Positions 7,208 to 17,986 are shown, counted from the first letter of the stretch. The stretch is DNA of 32,000 nt from Vibrio vulnificus CMCP6 (GCF_000039765.1 NC_004459.3:450001-482000), one strand, 5' to 3'. Program-made: numbers and translations. The notes: a model not told the origin generated them from the letters alone.

Positions 7208-8878
7208 TTAGTCTTGCCCCAATGTTCGATATTTTTCGCGTAAATTATTGCGGATACTGATAGCCGTTAAGTTCAAACCGACAATGACCGTCACCAACAA
7301 AAAGGACGTGGCATACACCAGTGGTCGCGCCGCTTCGATGTTCGACGTTTGGAAGCCCACATCGTAGATATGAAAGCCAAGGTGCATAAACTTACGCTCA
7401 AGATGAATGTAAGGAAACTGGCCATCCACGGGTAAGCTGGACGCTAACTTAACCACACCAACCAACATCAGCGGCGCTACTTCTCCTGCCGCCCGTGCAA
7501 TCGCCAAAATCAATCCCGTAATGATAGCGGGAGTCGCCATCGGCAACACCACGCGCCACAACGTCTCAAATTGCGTCGCTCCAAGCGCAAGTGAGCCGTG
7601 TCGAACCGAGTTAGGAATGCGTGTTAGGCCCTCTTCAGTGGTCACGATGACCACGGGCAGCGTCAATACGGCTAAGGTCAGTGCAGACCACAACAGCCCA
7701 GGTGTACCAAAGGTTGGAGCAGGAAGGCGCTCTGCATAAAACAGGTTATCAATTGAACTACCGATGGTGTAAACAAAAAAGCCTAAGCCAAAAACGCCGT
7801 ACACAATGGAAGGCACACCGGCAAGATTAATGACCGCGATACGGATGACTCGTGTAAAAGCGTTATTTTTGGCGTACTCATGCAGATAGATGGCAGCAAT
7901 AACCCCCAGCGGCATCACAATAATCGACATGATCAACACAAGGAACACAGTACCAAATATGGCAGGAAAGACGCCACCTGCCGAGTTGGAATCTCGTGGA
8001 TTTTCTGAGAGGAATTTCCAAATTTCTCTCCCCCAGTGCACAATTTTATCGCCAACATTCATTTTGTTTGGCTGCCAAAAATCCAAAATTTCACTGAGAG
8101 GAATAGAGATCACATTACCACTCATTTCTTCCACCAGCAGCGTGTAACCCGTGAGTTGCAAACGTAATCCGTCAAGCTGCTGGTCGTAGTTGGCTAACTC
8201 CTGTTCATAGTGTTCGCGTTCCGCTTGATATTGCTGCAAATACTCGGAGCTCAACGTGCCATTGAGCTCTTTGCGCCGCTTATCAAGACGGAGCTGTTCC
8301 AATTTCCAACTTAACGGTTTGATGTTTTGCTCAACCACCAGCGCAATTTCTTCACGTAAACGTTCAGCGTATTCGAGCTTGTCTCGCAACAATGGGAAGA
8401 TATTCTCGTCAGTCTGTATATCGCCATCACGAAACGCTAAGTAGCGGCCATAGAAATCGCCGCCACTGCTGCGTTCAAACACAACAATCTCTTCCGGAGT
8501 TGTGGGTTCACTGAGTTGCGACTCCAACACCGAAATAAATTCGGAGGGATACAAACCTCGATTCGCCACTTTGATTTTCAAACGCACCGCTTCTTGCTCA
8601 TCTTGCACAATAGCCTGTAAAGATGGCGGCAGTTGCGAATAGTCCACTTGGTTTCGCTGATAAACCTGGCCAATCACACGGCTTCCAACCGATGTTTGTG
8701 GAGACAACTGAGGTGAGGTTTTTACTATCGTCCACTGATAGACAGGCGCAGGCCAGAAGTAATTAAGCCCCTTCCAACCAATCAAAAGCAGCAGTGCCAA
8801 CACCGAAAGCAAGCTGATGCTGACCGCTCCCCCTGTCAGCCAAATCCACGGCGCTCCTGAACGAATCCATTTCAGCAC
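7208..8878 (-). CDS. pstA: Phosphate ABC transporter permease PstA, long form with a ~265-aa inserted periplasmic domain
   Basis: 556-aa ORF with a GTG start at 8878, GGGAGAG SD upstream and no in-frame ATG further upstream. The C-terminal permease core contains [27 protein letters not shown] (EAA-type loop). Confidence 0.9.
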
Positions 8879-8905
8879 GCTAGCTCTCCCAACATTCGAC
8901 TATGA

Positions 8906-11098
8906 TCACAGCGCACGATATTTATCTCTTAATCTTTGGCGTACCCACTCGGCCAGCGAGTTGACGGCGAAGGTGAAAACAAACAGCAATAGGGCGGCTA
9001 AAAACAATAATCGGAAGTGCGAACTGCCCACTTCTGATTCCGGCAACTCAACCGCAATGGTCGCAGATAAGGTGCGCATCCCTTCCAAAATATTCCAATC
9101 CATTAGCGGCGTGTTTCCAGTCGCCATTAAAACGATCATGGTTTCGCCAACAGCACGCCCAAGCCCCATCATGATGGCAGAAAAAATTCCCGGGCTCGCG
9201 GTGAGAATCACCACATGAGTGAGCGTTTGCCACGCTGTCGCGCCCAGCGCCAAAGAACCATCAGAGAGATGCTTAGGCACGGAGAAAATCGCATCCTCCG
9301 CTATGGTAAAAATGGTTGGAATCACAGCAAAGCCCATGGCTAATCCCACCACCATCGCATTACGCTGGTCAAAACCAATCCCATGCTGCGATAAAAATAA
9401 CCGAATATCGCCAGCAAAAAATAGCGTTTCCAATTCAGGAGCAAACTGCATTCCGAGCGCGACGACCAGCACCATACTCGGGATTAAGATCAGAGCATGC
9501 CAACCATTAGGAATACGATGTCGTATCGTCGCGGGCAACAGAGTCCAAAGTCCACCAATAAAGACGGTACTCAGAGGTAGCACAACCATCAGTAGCACCA
9601 CACTGATCAGATGCTGCTCAACGATCGGTGCAAACCACAAGCCCGCTAAAAAACCGATAATGACCGTTGGCATCGCTTCCATTAGTTCAATGGAAGGTTT
9701 AACGATACGACGCATTTTCGGCGCCATAAAATAACCGGTATAGATGGCACCAAGAACAGCAATGGGAACAGAAAACAGCATGGCGAACAGCGCAGCCTTA
9801 ATGGTACCAAAAGCAATCGGAACGATACTGAACTTCGCTTCAAAATCGTCACTTGCTGAAGTGGATTGCCAAACAAACTCGGGCTCTGGATAACCTTCAT
9901 ACCACACCTTTTGCCACAGCGATGACAGCGAAATTTCAGGGTATGGATTGTCCACCGTCGCCAGCGTTAATCGTTCGGGAAAATACGTTAAAAGGTATTG
10001 TTCATTATTCGACATAGCCGCCATCTGCGGGGCTTGTTGATAGGCGCGCAAAAACAGAGCCAATTTTTCACTGGTGGTATAGTGGCTCTGTAACGTTCCG
10101 TTGGTATAAAAACTGTAGAAGCCTTTACGATGCGTATCCGGCAAGAGGAATTGCACTTCTGAAGCTAACTTAAAATCACGAATGTGCGTCAATTTGCGCT
10201 GATTTTGCTGACGGGTATCAAACCATTGCGACACCCGGCCATCATTGTGGGTGACCAATAAAGAGTAGGCTCCGGCAAGCAGGTCTATTTGACGTACTGA
10301 GTGCTTCTGATCACCCAAGGTGAGATCAACAATCTCTCGCACAACAAATTGCTCATCACGCTTCTTCGCCACCACCAACTCAGAACCAGAACGTACGTAG
10401 AGGGTTTCTCCATCTGGCGTTATAAGAAGTTGCGATGCCGCATCAAAACTGGTTGCGAATTGGAAATCGCGTTGCACCCACTCACCTTGCACACTTTGCT
10501 GCCAACGAACGTGGACTCGTCCATCGTTTGTTAACCAAGTTAGCGTTGGAGAAGGTTCTACGTTACTGAACGCAAACCGTGCGATATCACTGCCTTGCGC
10601 CGCAAGACGAAAGTCAAAGCTAGGGGCATAAATCTCAACCTCAGGTCGTTGAACACTCTTCGCCAGCGAACTGTTAAAACGAGGTTTAAACAACGTCACT
10701 AGCCCTTGCTGAGAAACAAAGCCATAGCTGTCTAACGCAGAAACACTCTTGGCAAAAGCGGTCGGATTCTCACTGATTTGTGTTTCGAGTATTGCCTCAC
10801 CACTATCTAGCTGCCAAAACGTTAGACGACCATCTTCGGTAATAGTCAATGCTCTAAGGCCATAATCATCAACAGCAATCGCGACGGGCGGCTTCGTCGC
10901 AATAGGCATACTGAGTTTATTGGGTTCTAGTTTAGCGTCCGAAAAGAGTGGGATCACCACCATCGCTAAATAGACAAAAATCAACACTAAGGCAGCCAAA
11001 ACCCCAACACCGCCACTGGTTACAGCCAAACGAACTAGGCGATCTTTTAACAATCTCGACTTGTCTCTGGTCTGCAATGTGAACTCGGCTCTGGCCAT
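8906..11098 (-). CDS. pstC: Phosphate ABC transporter permease PstC, long form with a ~370-aa extra periplasmic domain
   Basis: I prefer the ATG at 11098 (MARAEFTLQT..., 730 aa). The ORF-track start at 11191 adds 31 residues that run into the AT-rich promoter and Pho-box region. The C-terminal core contains SLALGATAWQTLTHVVILTASPGIFSA. Confidence 0.9.
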   Translation of the reverse strand: MARAEFTLQTRDKSRLLKDRLVRLAVTSGGVGVLAALVLIFVYLAMVVIPLFSDAKLEPNKLSMPIATKPPVAIAVDDYGLRALTITEDGRLTFWQLDSGEAILETQISENPTAFAKSVSALDSYGFVSQQGLVTLFKPRFNSSLAKSVQRPEVEIYAPSFDFRLAAQGSDIARFAFSNVEPSPTLTWLTNDGRVHVRWQQSVQGEWVQRDFQFATSFDAASQLLITPDGETLYVRSGSELVVAKKRDEQFVVREIVDLTLGDQKHSVRQIDLLAGAYSLLVTHNDGRVSQWFDTRQQNQRKLTHIRDFKLASEVQFLLPDTHRKGFYSFYTNGTLQSHYTTSEKLALFLRAYQQAPQMAAMSNNEQYLLTYFPERLTLATVDNPYPEISLSSLWQKVWYEGYPEPEFVWQSTSASDDFEAKFSIVPIAFGTIKAALFAMLFSVPIAVLGAIYTGYFMAPKMRRIVKPSIELMEAMPTVIIGFLAGLWFAPIVEQHLISVVLLMVVLPLSTVFIGGLWTLLPATIRHRIPNGWHALILIPSMVLVVALGMQFAPELETLFFAGDIRLFLSQHGIGFDQRNAMVVGLAMGFAVIPTIFTIAEDAIFSVPKHLSDGSLALGATAWQTLTHVVILTASPGIFSAIMMGLGRAVGETMIVLMATGNTPLMDWNILEGMRTLSATIAVELPESEVGSSHFRLLFLAALLLFVFTFAVNSLAEWVRQRLRDKYRAL

Positions 11099-11128
11099 CG
11101 AATTTTCTACCCTTTTTGACGTGCTGAC

Positions 11129-11184
11129 ATAATATTTCGTTAAGATGACAATTATATTACAGATCACATTAACCATATGAAAAT
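11129..11184 (-). promoter_or_regulatory. Candidate PhoB-dependent promoter of pstCAB-phoU (Pho boxes plus -10)
   Basis: The minus strand reads TTTTCATATGG TTAATGTGAT CTGTAATATAA TTGTCATCTTAA-N8-TATTAT. The core CTGTAATATAATTGTCAT (11145-11162) matches the Pho-box consensus CTGTCATAAAACTGTCAT at 15 of 18 positions. TATTAT (11129-11134) lies 10 nt downstream. Confidence 0.6.
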
Positions 11185-11295
11185 AATACAACTATTATGA
11201 TAGTCATGGTATGAAATAAATCTGTAACAAAAAACACATACTGTGCCTCCTTATTGAGTCCATTTTTAATTACATGATCAACGTCAGGCCAATTT

Positions 11296-13398
11296 ATGAG
11301 TGCGGATAAATTCTATATAGAAAAAGAGCTTAGCTGGCTGTCATTCAATGAACGGGTATTACAAGAAGCCGCCGACAAAACCGTGCCGCTCATTGAGCGC
11401 ATTCGCTTTCTTGGTATCTTCTCCAATAACTTGGATGAGTTTTACAAAGTGCGATTTTCGGATGTGAAACGCCGAATTTTGATTAATCGAGAGCAAGGTG
11501 GTAACGACATTTCAAAGCACTTGTTGTCAAAGATGCAGAGCAAAGCCTTAAAACTCAACGAACGCTTTGATGAACTCTACAATGAACTGATCCGAGATAT
11601 GGCAAGGCGGCATATTTTTCTCGTCAACGAAAGCCAACTCGATGAAGCTCAACAAAAATGGATCATCAAATATTTCCAGAAAGAAGTGTTGCCTCACATC
11701 ACTCCGCTGATGTTGACCGATGAAATTGACGTACTGCAGTTTTTGAAAGACGAGTACGCGTACATCGCTGTGGAGTTGAAACAACAAGAACAGGCCAAAT
11801 ATGCCTTACTGGAAATCCCCACCGATCACCTTCCTCGCTTCATTATGGTGCCAGAGCAAAAAGGCAAACGTAAGAAAACCATTATCTTGCTCGACAACAT
11901 CATTCGCTTTTGCCTTAACGATATCTTCCGTGGCTTTTTTGACTACGACGAGCTCAATGGCTATGCGATGAAAATGACCCGAGACGCCGAATACGACTTG
12001 CGTCATGAAGTTGAATACAGCTTGCTAGAGCAGATGTCTGAAGGCCTCAGCCAACGCCTAACCGCCTTGCCAGTGCGCTTTGTTTACGAGCGAGACATGC
12101 CCGAGGACATGCTCAAATATCTCTGCTACAAACTCAAAATCTCTCATTACGACAGTTTGATTCCTGGCGGTCGTTATCACAATTTCAAAGACTTTATCGC
12201 CTTTCCAAACGTTGGACGTGACTACTTAGAGAACAAACCGCTGCCACCATTGGCCTGCGCAGATTTTGAAGGCTACGCCAACGCATTTGATGCCATTCGC
12301 AATCAAGATATTCTCCTGCACTACCCTTACCATAGCTTTGAACACATCACTGAGCTCGTGCGTCAGGCTTCGTTTGACCCCAAGGTGGTCAGTATCAAGA
12401 TCAACGTTTATCGCGTTGCCAAAAACTCACGCTTAATGAACTCATTGATCGATGCGGTGCATAACGGCAAGCGGGTCACCGTGGTCGTAGAGTTACAGGC
12501 TCGTTTTGACGAAGAAGCCAATATTGAATGGTCTAAGCTGCTGACTGATGCCGGTGTGCACGTCATTTTTGGTGTGCCGGGGATGAAAATTCACGCCAAG
12601 TTACTACTGATCACACGTCGCGAAGAGCAAGGGTTCGTTCGCTACGCGCACATCGGTACGGGTAATTTCCACGAGCGCACTGCCCGTATCTACACCGACT
12701 TTTCGCTGCTTACGGCGGATCAAGAACTCGCTGCAGAAGTGAGAGGCGTGTTTAGTTACATCATGAATCCTTTCCGACCGATAAAATTTCGTCATCTCAT
12801 CGTTTCCCCCAGAAACTCTCGCTCGCAACTTTATCGTTTATTGGATAGAGAAATTCACAACGCGCAAGCGGGCAAAAAAGCCTCAATTACCCTCAAAGTG
12901 AACAATTTGGTCGATAAAGGGTTGATCAGTAAGCTCTATGCGGCCAGCAGCGCTGGGGTGAAAATTCGCATGATCATTCGGGGCATGTGCTCATTGGTTC
13001 CTGGGTTAGAAGGGATTAGCGAAAACATTGAAATCATCAGCATCATTGATCGATTTTTAGAACACCCACGCGTGTTGGTGGTGCACAACGATGGTGATCC
13101 GCAAGTATTCATCTCTTCTGCGGACTGGATGGAACGCAACATCGATAACCGTATTGAGGTGATGTCCCCTGTACGTGATGCACGTATCAAACAACGGATT
13201 ATCGATATTCTCAGCATCCAATTTACTGATACAGTGAAGGCTCGCCGCATCGACAAAGAGATGAGCAATAACTATGTTGAACGCGGTAATCGCAAAAAAA
13301 TACGTTCTCAGATAGCCATCTACGACTATCTTAAAAATGTTGAGAAACATACGCGCAAGCAAAAGGGGCAAGTAGAACCGAATGACAACAACCAATAG
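11296..13398 (+). CDS. ppk: Polyphosphate kinase 1
   Basis: 700-aa ORF. The N-terminus [23 protein letters not shown]...[18 protein letters not shown] is near-identical to enterobacterial Ppk as I remember it, and length and domain order agree. Confidence 0.97.
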   Translation: MSADKFYIEKELSWLSFNERVLQEAADKTVPLIERIRFLGIFSNNLDEFYKVRFSDVKRRILINREQGGNDISKHLLSKMQSKALKLNERFDELYNELIRDMARRHIFLVNESQLDEAQQKWIIKYFQKEVLPHITPLMLTDEIDVLQFLKDEYAYIAVELKQQEQAKYALLEIPTDHLPRFIMVPEQKGKRKKTIILLDNIIRFCLNDIFRGFFDYDELNGYAMKMTRDAEYDLRHEVEYSLLEQMSEGLSQRLTALPVRFVYERDMPEDMLKYLCYKLKISHYDSLIPGGRYHNFKDFIAFPNVGRDYLENKPLPPLACADFEGYANAFDAIRNQDILLHYPYHSFEHITELVRQASFDPKVVSIKINVYRVAKNSRLMNSLIDAVHNGKRVTVVVELQARFDEEANIEWSKLLTDAGVHVIFGVPGMKIHAKLLLITRREEQGFVRYAHIGTGNFHERTARIYTDFSLLTADQELAAEVRGVFSYIMNPFRPIKFRHLIVSPRNSRSQLYRLLDREIHNAQAGKKASITLKVNNLVDKGLISKLYAASSAGVKIRMIIRGMCSLVPGLEGISENIEIISIIDRFLEHPRVLVVHNDGDPQVFISSADWMERNIDNRIEVMSPVRDARIKQRIIDILSIQFTDTVKARRIDKEMSNNYVERGNRKKIRSQIAIYDYLKNVEKHTRKQKGQVEPNDNNQ

Positions 13399-14881
13399 TC
13401 GAGATATTGCCGCTATCGACCTAGGATCCAACAGTTTTCATATGGTCGTCGCCAAGGTGGTCGATGAAGATCTGCAATTGATCAGTCGCCACAAACAGCG
13501 AGTACATCTTGCTGATGGTTTAGATATGGAAATGAATTTAAGCCATTCTGCGATGGAAAGAGGCTTGGAATGTTTGGCGATGTTTGCTGAAAGGCTGCAA
13601 GGATTTGAGCCAGAAAACGTACGTATCGCTGCCACGCATACCCTACGCCAAGCACGAAACGCTCACTTATTTCTACAAAGAGCAAAGCAAGTGCTGCCCT
13701 TTCCCATCGAAATCATTCCTGGGGAAGAAGAAGCGCGCTTGATCTATTTGGGCGTGGCACATACTCAGTTAGAGGTCTCTTCCAAACTTGTGGTCGATAT
13801 CGGTGGTGGCAGTACCGAGATGATCATCGGTAAGGATTTTGAGCCCGAGCTTCTAAACAGTAAACAAATGGGGTGCGTCAGTTTTACCAGCCGCTACTTT
13901 GCAAATGGTAAAATGACCAAGAAGAATTTCAATAAAGCGATGGTCGCTTGCGAGCAAAAACTCGAATCCATCGCCAGCCAATATCGGAAAAAAGGCTGGG
14001 AAATCGCTTACGGTTCTTCAGGCTCCATTAAAGCCATTCGTGAAGTTCTAGTGGGGATTGGTTTTGAGGATGGACTCATCACTCAAGCTCGTCTCAACAC
14101 CTTAATGGATATGCTCTGTAGCTTCGAAACCATCGATGACATTCAATTGCCAGGCTTAACTGATGAGCGTAAACCGGTGTTTGCCGCAGGCGTAGCCATT
14201 CTTAGCGCCATTATCCAAACACTAAAGATTTCCGAAATGCATTACTCTGATGGCGCTCTGCGAGAAGGGTTACTCTATGAGATGGAAGCCCGTTTTGCGC
14301 GATCCGATTTACGCATGCGCACAACAGAAAACTTAGCGAAGAAGCACCTCGTTGATTTGGAGCATGCTGCGCGTGTGAAAGGGCTCGCCATTGAGCTTCT
14401 GGAGCAAGCTCATAAACCTCTAGGCATCAAAAGAGAGAGTGAACTTGCCACTCTGTTAGAATGGGCTGCGTTACTGCATGAGGTGGGATTAAGTATCAGC
14501 CTACGCGGCTTCCATCGCCATTCAGCCTACATTCTGCAACACACTAACATGCCTGGCTTTAACAGCGAACAACAACTGCTATTGGCTTTTCTTACTCGCT
14601 ATCAGCGAAAGTCGCTCAAACTCACTGAACTTCCCGATTTCCATCTCTACAGCCGCGAGCAAGTGATCAACTTAATCCGTATATTGCGATTAGCCATTTT
14701 GATCAACGGGCAGCGCAATGACGATCCATTGCCTGAATTTCATCTACAGGTGAAAGAGAACCATTGGACATTGCAAGGTAAAGAAACGGATTGGCAGGAA
14801 AACAACAAATTACTTTCCGCGGATCTGCAAAGTGAACAAGAACGCTGGCAACAAGTAAACTGGCAGCTCGAGCTTGACTAA
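13382..14881 (+). CDS. ppx: Exopolyphosphatase (Ppx/GppA family)
   Basis: 499-aa ORF with the N-terminal actin-like ATPase motif [15 protein letters not shown] and later DIGGGSTE. It overlaps the ppk 3' end by 17 nt. Confidence 0.94.
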   Translation: MTTTNSRDIAAIDLGSNSFHMVVAKVVDEDLQLISRHKQRVHLADGLDMEMNLSHSAMERGLECLAMFAERLQGFEPENVRIAATHTLRQARNAHLFLQRAKQVLPFPIEIIPGEEEARLIYLGVAHTQLEVSSKLVVDIGGGSTEMIIGKDFEPELLNSKQMGCVSFTSRYFANGKMTKKNFNKAMVACEQKLESIASQYRKKGWEIAYGSSGSIKAIREVLVGIGFEDGLITQARLNTLMDMLCSFETIDDIQLPGLTDERKPVFAAGVAILSAIIQTLKISEMHYSDGALREGLLYEMEARFARSDLRMRTTENLAKKHLVDLEHAARVKGLAIELLEQAHKPLGIKRESELATLLEWAALLHEVGLSISLRGFHRHSAYILQHTNMPGFNSEQQLLLAFLTRYQRKSLKLTELPDFHLYSREQVINLIRILRLAILINGQRNDDPLPEFHLQVKENHWTLQGKETDWQENNKLLSADLQSEQERWQQVNWQLELD

Positions 14882-14903
14882 CTGGCGCTGAAAAGCGCGA
14901 AAC

Positions 14904-14928
14904 AATAAGGCCGCAGTGCGGCCTTATT
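14904..14928. terminator. Bidirectional hairpin terminator between convergent ppx and pstS
   Basis: aataaggccgc-agt-gcggccttatt is a perfect 11-bp stem whose A/T-rich outer ends can supply a U-tract in both directions. Confidence 0.8.
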
Positions 14929-14932
14929 GGGT

Positions 14933-15886
14933 TTATAACCCGACTTTTGCCAACTCTTGCTTGGCAAACTCTTCCGTTATCGACACGTAACCATCTTTCT
15001 CTACTAGCGCCTGTCCTTGTGCCGAGTAGATAAATTTAATGAACTCAGCTTCAATGGGGCTCAGAGCCTTACTCGGATGCTTGTTGACATACACATACAA
15101 ATAACGTGAAAGAGGGTAATCGCCAGTCAGAATGTTTTCTCGACTCGGATAAACAAACTCATTACCTTGCTTAGCAATAGGAAGTAGGCGCACGCCCGCC
15201 ACACGATAACCCACACCAGAGTAACCTATGCCACTGAGCGTGGATGCCACCGATTGCACTACCGAAGCCGACCCCGGCTGTTCATTCACTTGGCTTTTAA
15301 AATCGCCGCCACACAGGGCGTGCTTTTTGAAGTAGCCGTAGGTTCCAGAAACCGAATTGCGCCCAAAGAGCTGAAAGTTGCGCTTTGCCCACTCCGCATC
15401 AATACCAAGCTGCGCCCACGTGCTGACAAAATCTTCTGCACCACAGCGTAAAGTCGCGGAGAAAATGGCGTCCAACTGCGGAAAGTTGAGACCTTGAACC
15501 GGATTGTCTTGATGAACAAAAATACCGATGGCATCAATCGCAACTCGTAACGCCGTAGGTTTATAACCATGAGTTCGCTCAAAGGCTTCCACTTCTCTTA
15601 AACGCATTGGACGGCTCATTGGGCCAAACTGCGCCGTTTGCTCCGTCAGAGCGGGAGGCGCCGTTGAGGAGCCCGAGGCTTGCACCTGAGCATTGATGTT
15701 CGGATAAAGCGCCTTAAACTCTTCCACCCAAAGAGTGGTCATCCCCGCAAGCGTATCCGAGCCGACAGATAACAAATTCCCAGAAACACCGGGGATTTTT
15801 TTATAAGGTTGCAATGGTGTATCCAATGCCTGAGCACTCGCACTTATTCCACCCATCAACAATAAACTCAACCACCATCGTTTCAT
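14933..15886 (-). CDS. pstS: Periplasmic phosphate-binding protein, PstS family
   Basis: 317-aa ORF with a signal peptide ([20 protein letters not shown]) and PBP-type motifs ([28 protein letters not shown]). Its ATG overlaps the phoR stop as ATGA. Confidence 0.85.
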   Translation of the reverse strand: MKRWWLSLLLMGGISASAQALDTPLQPYKKIPGVSGNLLSVGSDTLAGMTTLWVEEFKALYPNINAQVQASGSSTAPPALTEQTAQFGPMSRPMRLREVEAFERTHGYKPTALRVAIDAIGIFVHQDNPVQGLNFPQLDAIFSATLRCGAEDFVSTWAQLGIDAEWAKRNFQLFGRNSVSGTYGYFKKHALCGGDFKSQVNEQPGSASVVQSVASTLSGIGYSGVGYRVAGVRLLPIAKQGNEFVYPSRENILTGDYPLSRYLYVYVNKHPSKALSPIEAEFIKFIYSAQGQALVEKDGYVSITEEFAKQELAKVGL

Positions 15887-17181
15887 TTCGCCACCAATTT
15901 TGCCGGTAAAACGAATGAAAACTTACTGCCACTGCCAACTTTACTTTGGATATCCAAATGAGTGTCGTGATGAGTCAAAGCATGTTTTACAATCGCTAGA
16001 CCTAAACCACTGCCTCCGGTGTCACGAGAGCGTGCTTTGTCAACACGATAAAAACGCTCCGTTAGACGATGGATATGTTGCGGTTCAATACCATCACCAC
16101 TGTCTTCCACTTCTAGGCAAGCACCCTTGCTATTGCGATACCAACGAACCTGTACGCTTGCACCAGCAGGTGTGTACTTCACGGCATTGTATACTAGGTT
16201 CGAAATAGCACTGCGCAGTTGATCTTCATCGGCATAGACTTTAAGCGCTTTATCCACTTGGAAAGAGATGGCGTGCTGATTATCACCACTCAAACTTACC
16301 GCTTCTTTCTCTAGCACTTCCAGCATGGCGGGCACATCAACCACTTCATCCAACTCATGAATTGGCGACGCTTCGATCTTGGATAAGGTTAACAACTGAT
16401 TCACTAAACTGTTCATTCGATTCAGCTGTTCCGTCATCACACGATGGGCTTTGCCCCACATGGGGCCAACCAACATGTCCGGGTCTTCGGTCATTTCGAG
16501 ATAACCCTGAAGCACCGTCATTGGCGTACGTAACTCATGGGAAACATTAGCAAAAAAGTTTCGACGCATGCCTTCTAGCTGTTTCAACTGCGTCACGTCA
16601 CGCACCACCATCAAGTGCTCACCTTCAGTATAAGGAACAATACGCAGTTCCAGCGTACGTTCAACGTTTAGCGGCGAGCACATTTCCAACGGTTCAGAAA
16701 AATCATTACCAGAGAGATATTTAATAAAGTCAGGAGTGCGAAGAAGATTAGAAATAGGCTGACCAGAATCTTCAGGCCAATGGAAACCTAATAGATGTTG
16801 CGCCAGCTTGTTACACCAGACAATGTTGCCCTCCGCACGAAACACCACAACCGCATCCGGCAACGATTCTGCACCATTGCGGAAACGACGGATCAAATTC
16901 GTCAGTTCTTTACGCTTGCGTCGCTGCCTTTGCTGTAAGCGATAAAGGCCATTAAACAGCGATTCCCAATTACCACTGCCCGATGGCGGCGTTAAACGCT
17001 TTTCATCCCAGAGCCACGCAGACAAACGTACCTGATTGTGTAAATGCCAACCAAGCTGCAAAGCCGTCGCCACCAAAAGCAGCCACGGCATATAGCCGAA
17101 TATCCACCCAACAATCACCCAGGGGGTGTAAAAAAAAGCCAGCTCCCATGCCAGCTTTTTCCAAGTTAATCTTTCAACCAC
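15883..17181 (-). CDS. phoR: Phosphate regulon sensor histidine kinase PhoR
   Basis: 432-aa ORF with a GTG start at 17181. Its N-terminus [14 protein letters not shown] parallels E. coli PhoR MLERLSWKRL. It has an H-box [12 protein letters not shown] and an ATPase domain with [12 protein letters not shown]. Confidence 0.95.
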   Translation of the reverse strand: MVERLTWKKLAWELAFFYTPWVIVGWIFGYMPWLLLVATALQLGWHLHNQVRLSAWLWDEKRLTPPSGSGNWESLFNGLYRLQQRQRRKRKELTNLIRRFRNGAESLPDAVVVFRAEGNIVWCNKLAQHLLGFHWPEDSGQPISNLLRTPDFIKYLSGNDFSEPLEMCSPLNVERTLELRIVPYTEGEHLMVVRDVTQLKQLEGMRRNFFANVSHELRTPMTVLQGYLEMTEDPDMLVGPMWGKAHRVMTEQLNRMNSLVNQLLTLSKIEASPIHELDEVVDVPAMLEVLEKEAVSLSGDNQHAISFQVDKALKVYADEDQLRSAISNLVYNAVKYTPAGASVQVRWYRNSKGACLEVEDSGDGIEPQHIHRLTERFYRVDKARSRDTGGSGLGLAIVKHALTHHDTHLDIQSKVGSGSKFSFVLPAKLVAK

Positions 17182-17201
17182 TCACAACTCCGACATGGTA
17201 T

Positions 17202-17891
17202 TTACGCTTTCGTTGAGAAACGATAGCCCGCGCCTCGCACTGTTTGAATCAGTTTATCATGCCCTGCATCTTCTAGCGCTTTACGCAGGCGACGAATGTG
17301 AACATCAACCGTGCGATCTTCCACATAAACATTAGTGCCCCACACATTGTTCAACAGTTGCTCTCGACTGTACACGCGCTCTTGGTGGGTCATAAAGAAA
17401 TGCAACATTTTGAATTCTGTTGGCCCCATATCAACAGGCGCGTCATTGGCCGTCACACGGTGAGAAACAGGATCGAGTTTAAGCCCTTGAACATCAATCA
17501 CATCTTCTAGTGCGGTTGGCGTGACACGGCGAATCACCGCTTTAAGGCGAGCCACTAACTCTTTTGGCGAAAAAGGCTTGGTAATGTAATCGTCCGCACC
17601 GACTTCAAGGCCACGAACTTTGTCTTCTTCTTCACCACGAGCCGTCAACATCACCACAGGGATGTTACGCGTCAGCTCTTCACGCTTCATGTGCTTAATG
17701 AAATTGATGCCACTGCCACCTGGCAGCATCCAATCCAGTAATACTAAATCTGGGAAGGGTTCAGCAAGTTTGTTTACTGCCGTATCATAATCTTCAGCTT
17801 CAACCGCCTGGTAACCTTTCTGTTCAAGCACGAAACACAGCATTTCGCGAATTGGCGCTTCGTCCTCTACTACCAGAATCCTTCTAGACAT
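17202..17891 (-). CDS. phoB: Phosphate regulon response regulator PhoB (OmpR family)
   Basis: 229-aa ORF with a receiver domain (RILVVEDE...LLDWMLPG...) and a winged-helix C-terminus ([14 protein letters not shown]...VRGAGYRF). Confidence 0.96.
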   Translation of the reverse strand: MSRRILVVEDEAPIREMLCFVLEQKGYQAVEAEDYDTAVNKLAEPFPDLVLLDWMLPGGSGINFIKHMKREELTRNIPVVMLTARGEEEDKVRGLEVGADDYITKPFSPKELVARLKAVIRRVTPTALEDVIDVQGLKLDPVSHRVTANDAPVDMGPTEFKMLHFFMTHQERVYSREQLLNNVWGTNVYVEDRTVDVHIRRLRKALEDAGHDKLIQTVRGAGYRFSTKA

Positions 17892-17953
17892 AATTGAATA
17901 ACCTTATGTAAGTTTGAATAATTTATAGGCCCTAGCCCTTTGCAACTGAAAGC

Positions 17954-17986
17954 ATTATCACGTTCAATTATGACACTTTTGTGACC
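17954..17986 (-). promoter_or_regulatory. Candidate autoregulated phoB promoter (Pho box plus -10)
   Basis: The minus strand reads AGGTCACAAAAGTGTCATAATTGAACGTGATAAT. GGTCACAAAAG and TGTCATAATTG form two 11-bp-phased repeats, matching about 14 of 18 consensus positions. GATAAT (17954-17959) lies 10 nt downstream. Confidence 0.6.

Noticed and set aside
9219-9734. A 171-aa plus-strand ORF, and other 60-130-aa ORFs antisense to pstC, pstA, pstB, ppk, phoR and clpB (e.g. 8817-9218, 6572-6841, 12936-13268, 13057-13431, 28390-28788, 29470-29838).
   Set aside because: These are shadow ORFs on the opposite strand of strongly supported conserved genes. Their Ser/Arg/Cys-rich composition is typical of antisense frames, and none has a start context or recognisable motif.
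11099-11191. A 31-codon N-terminal extension of pstC (MYYFHMVNVICNIIVILTKYYV...).
   Set aside because: The extension is translated from the AT-rich promoter and Pho-box region. The ATG at 11098 gives a sensible cytoplasmic N-terminus followed by TM1.
11222-11239. CTGTAACAAAAAACACAT as a Pho box for ppk.
   Set aside because: Only the first heptamer resembles CTGTCAT and the second half-site is poor. I kept it as an open question in the findings and did not annotate it as a feature.
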